64,000 bases of DNA from Candidatus Latescibacterota bacterium (GCA_965197905.1 CBDAOB010000002.1:256001-320000); one strand, 5' to 3'; shown: positions 27,574 to 37,638, counted from the stretch's first letter. The notes: generated from the sequence alone by a model not told the origin. Numbers and translations: made by a program.

Positions 27574-28446
27574 TTACAGGTCTATGTCGACATGCAGCGA
27601 CTGATGGTTGGAAGCTTGTCTTTCCGTACCCACGTGTGCGGACTGCACCTTGTCCGCCAGCCAGGCGCTAACGAAGCAGTAGTCGATGCGCCTACCTTGT
27701 CCGTCGGTCGAAACGGTCGCCCCATCCTCCTCCTCATGTCCGGCGGCGACCCAGGCGTCGGCCAGACCTGCAACGTTTACCAGGCGCCCACGCTTCGAGT
27801 CGTGGGGGCCTACCATCCGTTCGTACTCTACGGACTGACTGGTGAAGTTGAAGTCCCCCAGCAGGATTGTCTCCGCCGGCATGGGCGGTGCGGGTTCATC
27901 GGTCCATCCGGCCGCAGGGTTGTAATGTTTGCCACACCAGACCCCGCCTGCCCGGGGGGCCTGCGCGATCACTTCGAGTAAGGTGTCCACCTGCGCCAGG
28001 CGCAGGTCCCGGGCGAGGTGGTGCAGGTGCAAGGTGTAGACCTTGACCGCCCCGGAAGGAAGTGAGATGACCCCTTCCAGGGCACTCCGCTGCAGACTGA
28101 TCTGGTCTACCGTGCCCCACTTTGGCAGCAGATGGTTGCGCCGGCTCAGGATGGGATATCGGGAAAGCAGCATGTTGCCAAATTGCCGCCGACGATTGTC
28201 GACCTGTCCGTCGGGGGCGACGCTGCTGGCATCCACGTCCAATCCCTCGCCGTAAATCCAGTAGTACTCCGGCAGCAGGGCGGCGAACTCCGCCACCTGG
28301 TCGGTCATCCCGGAGCGCCGAAAGAACCGTTCCACCTCCTGCAAGGCGATGATGTCCGCCCCACGAACGGCGTCGGCAATCCGGGGCAGGTCGTAACGGG
28401 CGTCCATGCCCAACCCGAAGTGGATGTTGTAGGAAGCCAGCTTCAT
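27574..28446 (-). CDS. Endonuclease/exonuclease/phosphatase family protein
   Basis: SYNIH, ALQEV, GDFN, RIDY, ASNH. Confidence 0.9.
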   Translation of the reverse strand: MKLASYNIHFGLGMDARYDLPRIADAVRGADIIALQEVERFFRRSGMTDQVAEFAALLPEYYWIYGEGLDVDASSVAPDGQVDNRRRQFGNMLLSRYPILSRRNHLLPKWGTVDQISLQRSALEGVISLPSGAVKVYTLHLHHLARDLRLAQVDTLLEVIAQAPRAGGVWCGKHYNPAAGWTDEPAPPMPAETILLGDFNFTSQSVEYERMVGPHDSKRGRLVNVAGLADAWVAAGHEEEDGATVSTDGQGRRIDYCFVSAWLADKVQSAHVGTERQASNHQSLHVDIDL

Positions 28447-29069
28447 TTCAGCGTGATCTTGTCATCGCGATTCAGCTTCGATTGCTCGAGTATTCCGTAG
28501 AGTACCAGTGAGAGAGAACACAACAGAAGTATCGATGCCAACCCATAGGTAATCATGCGGGAACCGAATCTTGGTATGAGGAAGAAGGTGGTGAACAGGA
28601 TGCCGAAGATATTGCCGGTGGTCGAAACGGCGTATATCGTGCCCGATACGGTACCAGCTCGACCGCTTCTGGCGAGCACCAGGCGAACGCCGAACGGGGT
28701 GAAGATCGCCAAACACATCAAGGGGAGAAACAGCACGGCGGCGCACGCTATAAGCCCTCCGAGGGCGGGGTCCGTCACGAGCATGGCAACCTTCATACAA
28801 ATGGCGTCCAAGAACCGCGGAATGAACGCGACGTAACCGAAGGCCAAGAATATCACACCCCCAAGAACCCTAGTGGAACCCGATCGATCCGCGAGGTGCC
28901 CGCCCAGGAAATACCCGATGGCGAGGGCCGCCAAAACGGTGGAGATCAGTGCCGCCCAAATGTGAATCGTGTAACCGAAGTATGGACCGAGATACCGGCT
29001 GCCGAGCATTTCCAGCGACATAAGCACGGCGCCCAAGATGAACGCATTGATGTATACGAGCGCCTTCAT
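28443..29069 (-). CDS. Membrane protein resembling the N-terminal membrane module of fused MFS/spermidine synthases
   Basis: MSLEMLGSRYLGPYFGYTIHIWAALISTVLAALAIGYFLGG and GTIYAVSTTGNIFG; about 6 hydrophobic helices; no catalytic domain. Start may be 29129. Confidence 0.78.
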   Translation of the reverse strand: MKALVYINAFILGAVLMSLEMLGSRYLGPYFGYTIHIWAALISTVLAALAIGYFLGGHLADRSGSTRVLGGVIFLAFGYVAFIPRFLDAICMKVAMLVTDPALGGLIACAAVLFLPLMCLAIFTPFGVRLVLARSGRAGTVSGTIYAVSTTGNIFGILFTTFFLIPRFGSRMITYGLASILLLCSLSLVLYGILEQSKLNRDDKITLK

Positions 29070-29226
29070 AATCAAAACGAATGGGTCAAATACCGCGTTA
29101 TAGGTCCTGGAGTCAAGTACATCCCCCATCTTGACCCGAGTTCCCGTGGCGCGGTTTATTTGACCCTGGTCGGATCCCGGAACATTCGAACATGCTGCTT
29201 TAGGCGATCGCTAAACGAGGCATACC

Positions 29227-30090
29227 ATGGATCGAAAAACATTACTGGAGGAAGTCCGATTCTACTTTGCCGATTCGGATCACTGGCACCGTCTGTGTGC
29301 CGCATTGCCAGATCCGGATCCCCAAAGCAGCCACCTCCACGCCTATGTGGAAACGTCAGTGCACCCGAACTCCATCGAAGCTATCATGGTAGGTTACTTC
29401 GAGAGAGTAGGGTGGCCATCCAGCCGCAAGATCGACCATATGTCGCCCAGGGAGGGCATGGGAAGCCTGCATGGGATAGAGCCGCAAGGCAAACTCCACT
29501 TCGATTACAATTGGTTCTTTCAGAAGGATGCAGGGCTGCGACCATTGGACGGTGGAGAGTCGGGTTGCAACCTGCTGGTTTGGAATCGCTGGTATATCAA
29601 TCAGTTCTACCGCCAGTTCCCCTTTCGAGAGGTCGGCGCAGACGAAGAGAGGGCGTTACAAACCTACTTCCAATCCGATCATTTCTTGAAAGGTCTGGAG
29701 TTTCCCGTCAAGCCGACTACGTGCCATATGCACATTAACGTACATACCAGTATCCATCCCGATATCATTCAACCGCAGGCCGAAGCAGCCCTCTCTCGTG
29801 AGGGTTTTAGGATTTACTACACCTGTCCCAACGTGTATCTAGTGAACGGCAACTATCGCGGCAAGCTGGTTTTCATGGGACAAGACCCCGAGGTGGTCTT
29901 CGACATCGGCTGGGAGTTCACCCCGGACGTGCTCATCGAACCCGCCTGGGAACCGTGGATTTACGAAGATCATCCGGGTTATGATGTATGGACTGCGCAG
30001 ATGTTGGCTGAAGTGATGAACGAGGACTACGTTCGTCTCAATGACGAAGAGATATCGAGCGTGTTGGACGCTTGCTGCTTTCCGAAGTAG
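29227..30090 (+). CDS. Hypothetical protein with internally duplicated His-rich domain
   Basis: GAGG RBS; 287 aa; HLHAYVETSVHP and HMHINVHTSIHP motifs in two similar halves. Confidence 0.75.
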   Translation: MDRKTLLEEVRFYFADSDHWHRLCAALPDPDPQSSHLHAYVETSVHPNSIEAIMVGYFERVGWPSSRKIDHMSPREGMGSLHGIEPQGKLHFDYNWFFQKDAGLRPLDGGESGCNLLVWNRWYINQFYRQFPFREVGADEERALQTYFQSDHFLKGLEFPVKPTTCHMHINVHTSIHPDIIQPQAEAALSREGFRIYYTCPNVYLVNGNYRGKLVFMGQDPEVVFDIGWEFTPDVLIEPAWEPWIYEDHPGYDVWTAQMLAEVMNEDYVRLNDEEISSVLDACCFPK

Positions 30091-30162
30091 CGAAGGAGCT
30101 CGACGTCTCTTTAACTCTGGGCACGACCGAGTTTGCACTATCATGAACGGAGTCTAATTGAC

Positions 30163-30741
30163 ATGGTGACTAACCGTTTCGACAAGGGGCCGGAGGGCTG
30201 GTGTTCCTACGACTACCACGCGAGTGTAACTTCCGGTGATGAAATCTTTGTGTTGACTAGCTGGAGTTCCCGCGGCGGCGTCGACGATTCGGGGTATGTC
30301 TGGGCGGATCATCACCGGTGGAGCGCCGATACCCCCGAAAAGCCGGTCTCCATCCTTCCGTTAATCCACTATCGCAGCTGGGTCGAAGCCGATCCGGTAG
30401 ACTTGAGGGATGCTGCGGTCTCCTTCTATCTGCGGGGGGACAACCTGAACATCAACACGGCGCAATGCTACTTCTGGGCGCACACCCACGGCAACCGCTG
30501 GCATTGCCATGACCAACCGATCGTCATCCCCGAAGGCAGGTGGGGCGACGAACCAACAGTAGTTACAACGTCGGCAGATGAGAGCCAATGGTATTGCAGC
30601 TGGCAGAATCCCAGTCATGAGCCCGCGTCGCTGTTACAGGTGCTGTCTGGGGCGCACAGCTACGGGTTCTCCTTCGTCGGTTTCGGATCCGAGGTCAGTG
30701 GACGACTCTCGCTGGCCCGGTTCGAAATCCAAACAGAGTAG
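30163..30741 (+). CDS. Hypothetical Trp-rich protein, possibly galactose-binding-like jelly roll (laminin IV/CBM-like)
   Basis: FDKGPEGW...GG...GYV...DLRDAAVSFYLRG...LLQVLS...GRLSLARFEI pattern; start at ATG 30163 or TTG 30133. Confidence 0.55.
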   Translation: MVTNRFDKGPEGWCSYDYHASVTSGDEIFVLTSWSSRGGVDDSGYVWADHHRWSADTPEKPVSILPLIHYRSWVEADPVDLRDAAVSFYLRGDNLNINTAQCYFWAHTHGNRWHCHDQPIVIPEGRWGDEPTVVTTSADESQWYCSWQNPSHEPASLLQVLSGAHSYGFSFVGFGSEVSGRLSLARFEIQTE

Positions 30742-30793
30742 GGCCTCTACTCGGTCCGCATTCCTAATTCCATTCATTCGATGAGATAATGAC

Positions 30794-33700
30794 ATGAGCA
30801 GCTCAACAGTTGATCGGTCCTTCATGAAAGGGCTCAAGTGGCGAAACATCGGTCCCCCGCGAGGAGGACGCACAAGCGCGGTCGTCGGCCATCCCACAGA
30901 GCAAGCGGTGTTCTATTTTGGAGCGTGTGGCGGCGGTGTGTGGAAATCGGACGATGCAGGGACCTACTGGGAGAACATCTCAGACGGCTACTTCACCTCG
31001 GCGGCGGTCGGGGCTATCGCCGTAGCCGAATCCGATCCCAATGTGATCTATGTAGGCACCGGGGAGACGGCGATCAGGAAAGACGTGACCGGCGGAGACG
31101 GCGTTTACCGCTCGGCGGACGGCGGGGCGTCATGGGAGAACGTCGGGCTGTCGGACACGAGGTACATCGGCAAGATCCGCGTCCACCCAAGGGACGCCGA
31201 TCTGGTCTACGTCGCGGCGTTGGGACACATCTTCGGACCGAACGAGGAGCGGGGTCTCTTTCGCTCCAAGAACGGCGGCAAAAGCTGGGAGAAGGTCCTC
31301 TACAAGAGCGACAAAGCCGGGGCGGTGGATATTTCCATGGATCCGACCAACCCGCGCCGCCTCTTCGCATCGGTGTGGGAAACCTCCAGATCGTTCTGGG
31401 ACCTGTCGAGCGGCGGTCCGGACAGCGGGCTGCACCGTTCGACGGCCGGGGGAGATACGTGGACGGACATCTCGAACAATCCAGGATTGCCGAAGGGAAT
31501 GAAAGGCAAGATCGGGGTGGCCATTTCTCCGGCACGGCCGCAGCGGGTGTGGGCGATCATCGAGGCCGACAACCACGACGGTGGTCTCTACCGCTCAGAC
31601 GACGGGGGCGACACCTGGACATTGATGAGCGATAAACGGGAGCTGATCGGCCGTCCGTTCTACTACTGCCACGTGTACGCCGACCCGCTGGACGCAGACA
31701 CCATGTACGTCCTCGACTTCAAGATGTGGAAGTCAACGGATGGGGGTTCCGGCTTCACCGAGATTACCACGCCTCACGGCGATAATCACGACCTGTGGAT
31801 CGATCCAAATAACACTCAGCGCATGATCCAGGGAAACGACGGCGGCGCCTGCGTTTCGCTCAACGGGGGACGCTCATGGACCACAATCTACAACCAGCTA
31901 ACGTCCCAGTTCTACAGAATGGATGTGGACAACCAGTTTCCGTATCACGTCTACGCCACCCAGCAGGACAACTCGAGCATCTGCGTCCCCAGCGCTACGG
32001 AGCAGGGCACGATTACCTGGTCCCGATGTTATGCCCCGGGGTCCGGCGAGAGCGGCGACATCGCGGTTCATCCGGACGACGAGAACATCGTCTACATCGG
32101 GTCGATTGGCAGCTCTCACGGGGGTAGCGGTGTCCTCCAGGCATACGATCACCGCACCAAACAGTATCGGCTGGTCTCGGTTTGGCCGGAGGAGTATTTC
32201 GGCAGGCACGACTGCGATCTGAAATACCGCTTCAACTGGACCTTTCCGATTCTCATCTCCCAGCACGACCCATCTGTGCTCTACGTGGCGGGCAACATCG
32301 TGTTTCGATCGACCGACGGCGGCGTGAACTGGGATGCGATCAGCCCCGATCTAACTCGAGACGATACTGAGAAGCAGATGGCCTCGGGTGGACCGATAAC
32401 GATCGACGCCAGCGGCGCCGAGACCTACTGCACGGTCTACGCCCTCGCAGAATCGCCCTTCCAGCAGGGCGAGCTGTGGGCCGGAAGCGACGACGGCCTG
32501 GTGCATATATCCCAGGACAACGGGAAAAACTGGACTGCGGTGACGCCCCCCGAGTTGATCGAGTGGTCCCGCGTCGGGTGTATCGAGGTCTCCCGCCACA
32601 GTGCGGGCACGGCCTACGTGGCTGCCTCGCGACACAAGCTGGACGATTTCAGTGGTTACATCTACAAGACCGAGGATTTCGGCCAGAGCTGGCGGGTTTT
32701 GAGCGGCGGTTTTCCCGAGGGCGAGATCTCCAGAGTCATCCGCGAGGATCCGGTACGCCCGGGGCTGTTGTACGTCGGAACGGAGTCGGGGATCTGCGTC
32801 TCACTGGACGACGGCGAAGGGTGGACGAAGCTCGAGACCAATCTGCCGGTGGTGCCGGTGTACGATCTGAAGGTGAAGGACAACGATCTGGTGGCCGGCA
32901 CCCACGGCCGCTCATTCTGGATTCTGGACGACCTGACGCCGCTGCGCGACGCGGCCCAGGGAACGGATAGACCACCGCAGCTGTTTCGGCCCGTGCCGAC
33001 CTATCGGCGTCTGGTGGACTGGCGCGCGAAGGACGCGAGATTGGCAGCGCCGCAGGACACATGCTATCTACTTACTCTGGGCTGCACCGCGGCGTGGCGT
33101 GAGAAGGACTCCGAGGATGGCGAGCTGATTCGTTTCTTTATAGATGCGGGCGAGAATCCGCCCCTGGGAGTCATCGTTTATTATCTCTTCGACGACGAAC
33201 CGGGGGGAGTGATCGAGCTGTCGTTCCTCGACGACGACGGTGAGGTCATCAAGAGCTTCACCAGCAGGCCGGCCGAAGAGGAAGAGAAGGACGATGACGC
33301 GGATGAGGATGAAGAGGAAAAGGGAACACGTTTTGCGCCGGCCACGAAAGGACTGAACAGGTTCGTGTGGGACATGCACCACGAAAACGCGGAAAGGTCA
33401 ACCGAAGACAGTCCGATCCGCGACAAGTACGAATCGCTGATGAAGTCGCGGCCGGGGACGAACGGACCGGTGGCGGTGCCGGGAAGATATACGGTGCGAT
33501 TGACTGTAGGTGATTCGATGCAGACCGAATCGTTCGAGATCCTGCCCGATCCGCGTCTGAAAATCACGCAGGAGGATTTTGAAGCGGAGTTCGATCTGCT
33601 GCGGAAGGTGCGAGACAAACTCTCAGAAGCGAATGCCGCAATCGACAGACTGCGCCGGATTCAGCGCCAGAGTCTGGAGGCGTCCGCGCGCGCCAAGAAG

Positions 33701-34042
33701 GCGGAAGCGATTGGCGAACGCGACCGTGAAGCGATTTCAGGCGCGGCACGAGAGTTGAACAAGACTCTGGAGGTTGTCGAAGCCGAGCTCGTTCAGATCG
33801 AACGGGAGGGCCCATCAGATTTCGTGCGCGCGCCGGTCAAACTGGTGGATATGCTGAGCGGTCTGATCAGCGGCATCGCGATGGCAGACGCCCCTCCGAC
33901 GACGCCGATGCTGGAGCTCTTCGTGCATCTGTCGGAGCTGGTCGACGACCAACTAGCGCGACTTCAGGCGGTCGTCGACCGGGAGGTCGTGGAGTTCAAC
34001 GAGCTGGTGAGCGACGCCGAGCTACCGGCGGTATCGCTGTAG
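30794..34042 (+). CDS. VPS10/BNR-repeat glycosyl hydrolase-like protein
   Basis: WRNIGPPRGGR, many S/TxDGGxxW boxes, PHGDNHDLWIDP, GTHGRSFWILDD, C-terminal coiled coil; no signal peptide. Confidence 0.88.
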   Translation: MSSSTVDRSFMKGLKWRNIGPPRGGRTSAVVGHPTEQAVFYFGACGGGVWKSDDAGTYWENISDGYFTSAAVGAIAVAESDPNVIYVGTGETAIRKDVTGGDGVYRSADGGASWENVGLSDTRYIGKIRVHPRDADLVYVAALGHIFGPNEERGLFRSKNGGKSWEKVLYKSDKAGAVDISMDPTNPRRLFASVWETSRSFWDLSSGGPDSGLHRSTAGGDTWTDISNNPGLPKGMKGKIGVAISPARPQRVWAIIEADNHDGGLYRSDDGGDTWTLMSDKRELIGRPFYYCHVYADPLDADTMYVLDFKMWKSTDGGSGFTEITTPHGDNHDLWIDPNNTQRMIQGNDGGACVSLNGGRSWTTIYNQLTSQFYRMDVDNQFPYHVYATQQDNSSICVPSATEQGTITWSRCYAPGSGESGDIAVHPDDENIVYIGSIGSSHGGSGVLQAYDHRTKQYRLVSVWPEEYFGRHDCDLKYRFNWTFPILISQHDPSVLYVAGNIVFRSTDGGVNWDAISPDLTRDDTEKQMASGGPITIDASGAETYCTVYALAESPFQQGELWAGSDDGLVHISQDNGKNWTAVTPPELIEWSRVGCIEVSRHSAGTAYVAASRHKLDDFSGYIYKTEDFGQSWRVLSGGFPEGEISRVIREDPVRPGLLYVGTESGICVSLDDGEGWTKLETNLPVVPVYDLKVKDNDLVAGTHGRSFWILDDLTPLRDAAQGTDRPPQLFRPVPTYRRLVDWRAKDARLAAPQDTCYLLTLGCTAAWREKDSEDGELIRFFIDAGENPPLGVIVYYLFDDEPGGVIELSFLDDDGEVIKSFTSRPAEEEEKDDDADEDEEEKGTRFAPATKGLNRFVWDMHHENAERSTEDSPIRDKYESLMKSRPGTNGPVAVPGRYTVRLTVGDSMQTESFEILPDPRLKITQEDFEAEFDLLRKVRDKLSEANAAIDRLRRIQRQSLEASARAKKAEAIGERDREAISGAARELNKTLEVVEAELVQIEREGPSDFVRAPVKLVDMLSGLISGIAMADAPPTTPMLELFVHLSELVDDQLARLQAVVDREVVEFNELVSDAELPAVSL

Positions 34043-34094
34043 CGCCCTTCCGGGTGTGGAGCTGTGGTAAACCCGTATTGCCGCAAGGTTCGAC

Positions 34095-34619
34095 ATGCCT
34101 AATCCGATCACTCCCGAGGGCGTAACGCTCTACAGGTTTACCGACGACGGCACCATTCCGAACAGCGAGCTGCCGCTGTTGGCTTATCGGTCAGCGCTGA
34201 GTGACGATAGGGCTGATCTGGCGCGCGGTTTCGAAGAGTTTTTTGACGCCAACGGATGGAGCGGTTCGTGGCGTAACGGCATCTACACCTTCCGCCACTA
34301 CCACAGTAATGCGCACGAGGTGCTCGGGATTGCAAGAGGACAAGCCCATGTCGAGTTCGGCGGCCCCGACGGCAAGGAGCTGGATGTCGTTGCCGGCGAC
34401 GCCGTCGTCATACCGGCGGGGGTCAGTCACTTCAATCTTGGTGCGAGCGACGATCTCTTGGTGATAGGGGCCTATCCGGCGGGCGACGTTCCGGACCTGT
34501 GCCGCGATTCAGGCGGAGATCGCCTAGCTGCGCTGCCGAGGCTGCAAGCATTGACCATCCCGGCGAGTGATCCGATCTATGGCACAAACGGTCCGCTGAC
34601 CCAGGCCTGGCGGCCCTGA
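34095..34619 (+). CDS. Cupin-domain protein (YjlB-like)
   Basis: DDGTIPNS, WRNGIYTFRHYHSNAHEVLG, IPAGVSH, DPIYGTNGPL. Confidence 0.88.
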   Translation: MPNPITPEGVTLYRFTDDGTIPNSELPLLAYRSALSDDRADLARGFEEFFDANGWSGSWRNGIYTFRHYHSNAHEVLGIARGQAHVEFGGPDGKELDVVAGDAVVIPAGVSHFNLGASDDLLVIGAYPAGDVPDLCRDSGGDRLAALPRLQALTIPASDPIYGTNGPLTQAWRP

Positions 34620-34687
34620 AACCTGGTGCCGGTGCACCTCCGGTTCTGGCGGACGCTCACAAGCGAATCCAACGGCTTGAATTCGCG

Positions 34688-37600
34688 ATGACCAAACTGG
34701 CCGCTTGCTTCGCATCAATAATTCTGACGCTTGTTTCAGCGCTCGCGGCCGAGGAGCTTCGGAGTATCGAAGTGGCCTCGGCGCGGCCCTACCTGCGCTG
34801 GGACCGTCCTGCCTACCGCAACTACGCGCTCGCGCATTACAGCAATTATCCTAACCACACCGCTCCCTACCGGGACGCACCGCGTACATTCTACGGACCC
34901 ATCGGAAACGAGCTGATCACCGGATACGATCTCTATTCATGGAATGAAACCCGCCAACCCGGCCAGGAGTACGGAAGCTCCATATTCAAGCCGAACGTGA
35001 TGTACAACCTGGTGTGGGAAAAGGTCTACGACGCCACCGTGATCGGCCGCGATGGGTATGGCAACTGGGGATATAGCCTGATCGTGGCGGACAATGTGAT
35101 CGCCCGTCTGTCGCCCCTGACCATGTCGATGACCGATTTCGCCGGATTCCGGCTGGACGTCTCCCTACCCCGTCTGAAACTCACGGGCCTGGCATCCCGC
35201 ATCGAACGTCCCCACGTCTATACCGGCCGTCCCACCATCTGGTCCGTCGATATGACCCATTTTGCGGACGACTCTACCTTGCTTCTGGGCGGCCGCATGG
35301 AGACGGAAGCGGGGCTGGCGCGTCTGGGGTTGAATTTCGCCAACTCCCATGTCTACCGTAGCACGCAGCCAGGCAATGGCATGAAAGGGGTACTGCGGCC
35401 GGACCAACCCCTGATGGACTGGGTGATCGTGCGTTTTTCCGACGATTCTCCCGCCGACGATAGCGATGGGGCGGTTGTGCACGAAACGGTGTTGTACATC
35501 GACGGCAAACCGCGGCCTGATCTGCGACCGTCCGTGATTCGACACCGGGCCGGGGCGACACCGCAGGTGGGTTCCGTGTCGGTAGCCACCGGACGTTTTC
35601 GCGCCGTGGATTACACCGTCTTTTCGGGACATCGCCGGTTCTACCGCGGACGCGAAGAGATCCCACTGTATGCCGACTACTTCTACCGGCTGGACCACGA
35701 TGAGGGGGTCGATGTGAGCGACGCCACCCTGCTCGAAGGGCTGCTGGCAAGTTTCCAGCTGGAATCAGCAGATGAGCTGCTGACGGCCGACGGAGAGGAG
35801 CAACTGGTTTTCCTGTTCGACGTGTCAGGCGAGCGACAAGTGAAATCGGTTGAGGTGGAAGCGGTGCTGGCCAACGACTACCGCGCCGAAGTCGCCCTGC
35901 TCACGCTTATCAATCCGCGCGGAAGGACTTATAACGCGCGCTATAGATCCACCTTTTACCGCACGCTCAAGCGCGCGCCGGGCAACGTGCGCGATCAATC
36001 AAATCTCAAGCGCATCCGTCTTCCAATCGGAGAGGATACCGCAATCTTTACCTACAGTGCGGATGCTGCACTGCTTCTCCCCGGCCTTGAGCTCAACGCA
36101 GAATTCGCTCGGTCTGCTCTCTATTCGCGCTACCCGGCCGAGATTGACGAAGCGCCTGCTTTCGATCGGAGTCCGCGTTTTTCCAAGCGCGGCACTGCTT
36201 ATTACGTCAATGCCACCCACCATCAGGGTAGAGGCCGCGTCGGCGCCGAGCTGTTTTCCATCAATCCCGGGTTTGCCACCAGCTTTCGCACCACCCTCGA
36301 CGAAACCTCCCATAATCTCTCGGGTGTGTACAATGAAACGGTCTACTGGGATCTGGTGGAAGACAACGACGACGGCGACCGCTATCCCGATCGGCGCGTC
36401 GGCAGCGTGGCCGGTGCGGCCGTCGACTTCGAGGACTTCGACCTGGATGGCGTTTTCCTGGCACAGGACGATGACAAAGACGGCCACCCTGATATCAACC
36501 GGGACGGCGATCGCATTCCCGACTTCGAGGAGCCGTTCCTGATGTTCGACGTGGAGCCCAACGTCTACGTCTATGGGCTCGACCGGAACAACAACGACGA
36601 ACCCGACAAAAGGGAGGATGATGGTCAGGTCGACTACCCATACGATCCCGATCAAAGGGGTTATCATCTGTTTGCACAGATCGATCTGTCGCGCCATTCG
36701 GCACTCGCGGTCGGACGTTTTCATGTAAACGAGGTGGCGGGCAACGGCCGTAACCGCGCCATGTATGCCCTTGCAACCTTCGACGTTGCCACCCGGGACG
36801 GGAGTCAACGGCTGTTTTTCGAGAACAACCTCCGCCGGGTTCAGGACGACATCCCCGATGAGTATTTGGTTATGAACTCGCTATCCGACCGCACCCGGAT
36901 TTTCAGTGTTTTCGGCCTGTCCGCCGGCAATAATCCTGAGTTCATTCTCGAGGACAAACCGCCCATCTTCTCCAGCCAGTTCGTCGCCGACATCCCGTCC
37001 TACCAGAGCAGTTATGTTAACGAGAGTTATCTGGAGACGGAATTCCGTCCTTCGCCGGGTGTGAGTGTGGTGCAGAAACTGAGAGCCCGGTTCAACTGGC
37101 AGGACGGGGGATGGCTGTATAACGGTCTGTTTCAGCGTCAGCGCCGCCTCGACTTCTGGACTTGGGTGAGTCGACTGGAGTACACCCATAGCTGGGGGAA
37201 GCTGCGATTTACCTCCCAGTACAAGCTCATGCTATTGCGCCTCATCGACCGGGAGCGAGACACCCGATTGCGATCCGAGATGCGCTCCATTCCCATTTTA
37301 CGAGCGGAGTACACGCTGCTGCCACGCACCCGCCTCAAGGTTGGTATGCAAGGTGTCGGTTCGTTTCCGTATCGGCATCGCAACCATATCTCCGATCACA
37401 AGAGCTTTGACCGGCACACCGCATTTGTTACCGTAACCAACCTTTCCAGCTATTTCGGCTACGAGCTCGTGACCATCGCCGGCGTCCGCAAAGACCACCG
37501 GGATTTCGAAACGAGGTTCCAGGACAACCGAGATTTCGACTTTCTGAACTTCTTTATTCGCGGCATGATCGGTTTCACCGAGTTCGGCCGGCCCATTTGA
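34688..37600 (+). CDS. Large exported protein of unknown function, paralogue 3
   Basis: Signal peptide (..VSALA-AEE); colinear with 8691 over its full length (RPYLR, GYDLYSWNE, GSSIFK, EDNDDGDRYPD, EEPFLMFDVEP); identical C-terminus GFTEFGRPI. Confidence 0.9.
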   Translation: MTKLAACFASIILTLVSALAAEELRSIEVASARPYLRWDRPAYRNYALAHYSNYPNHTAPYRDAPRTFYGPIGNELITGYDLYSWNETRQPGQEYGSSIFKPNVMYNLVWEKVYDATVIGRDGYGNWGYSLIVADNVIARLSPLTMSMTDFAGFRLDVSLPRLKLTGLASRIERPHVYTGRPTIWSVDMTHFADDSTLLLGGRMETEAGLARLGLNFANSHVYRSTQPGNGMKGVLRPDQPLMDWVIVRFSDDSPADDSDGAVVHETVLYIDGKPRPDLRPSVIRHRAGATPQVGSVSVATGRFRAVDYTVFSGHRRFYRGREEIPLYADYFYRLDHDEGVDVSDATLLEGLLASFQLESADELLTADGEEQLVFLFDVSGERQVKSVEVEAVLANDYRAEVALLTLINPRGRTYNARYRSTFYRTLKRAPGNVRDQSNLKRIRLPIGEDTAIFTYSADAALLLPGLELNAEFARSALYSRYPAEIDEAPAFDRSPRFSKRGTAYYVNATHHQGRGRVGAELFSINPGFATSFRTTLDETSHNLSGVYNETVYWDLVEDNDDGDRYPDRRVGSVAGAAVDFEDFDLDGVFLAQDDDKDGHPDINRDGDRIPDFEEPFLMFDVEPNVYVYGLDRNNNDEPDKREDDGQVDYPYDPDQRGYHLFAQIDLSRHSALAVGRFHVNEVAGNGRNRAMYALATFDVATRDGSQRLFFENNLRRVQDDIPDEYLVMNSLSDRTRIFSVFGLSAGNNPEFILEDKPPIFSSQFVADIPSYQSSYVNESYLETEFRPSPGVSVVQKLRARFNWQDGGWLYNGLFQRQRRLDFWTWVSRLEYTHSWGKLRFTSQYKLMLLRLIDRERDTRLRSEMRSIPILRAEYTLLPRTRLKVGMQGVGSFPYRHRNHISDHKSFDRHTAFVTVTNLSSYFGYELVTIAGVRKDHRDFETRFQDNRDFDFLNFFIRGMIGFTEFGRPI

Positions 37601-37638
37601 TCCGGACCGCGCCTTTATTCATCGAAGACAGGAGAACC

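Noticed and set aside
27574..28446. EEP nuclease-fold gene as part of an anti-phage system
   Set aside because: Neighbours are a sulfatase, a HAD phosphatase and a membrane protein, with no defence-associated domains; a metabolic phosphoesterase is more likely.
33270..33325. Acidic low-complexity tract EEEEKDDDADEDEEEK
   Set aside because: In-frame flexible loop in the VPS10-like protein; no evidence for a separate function.
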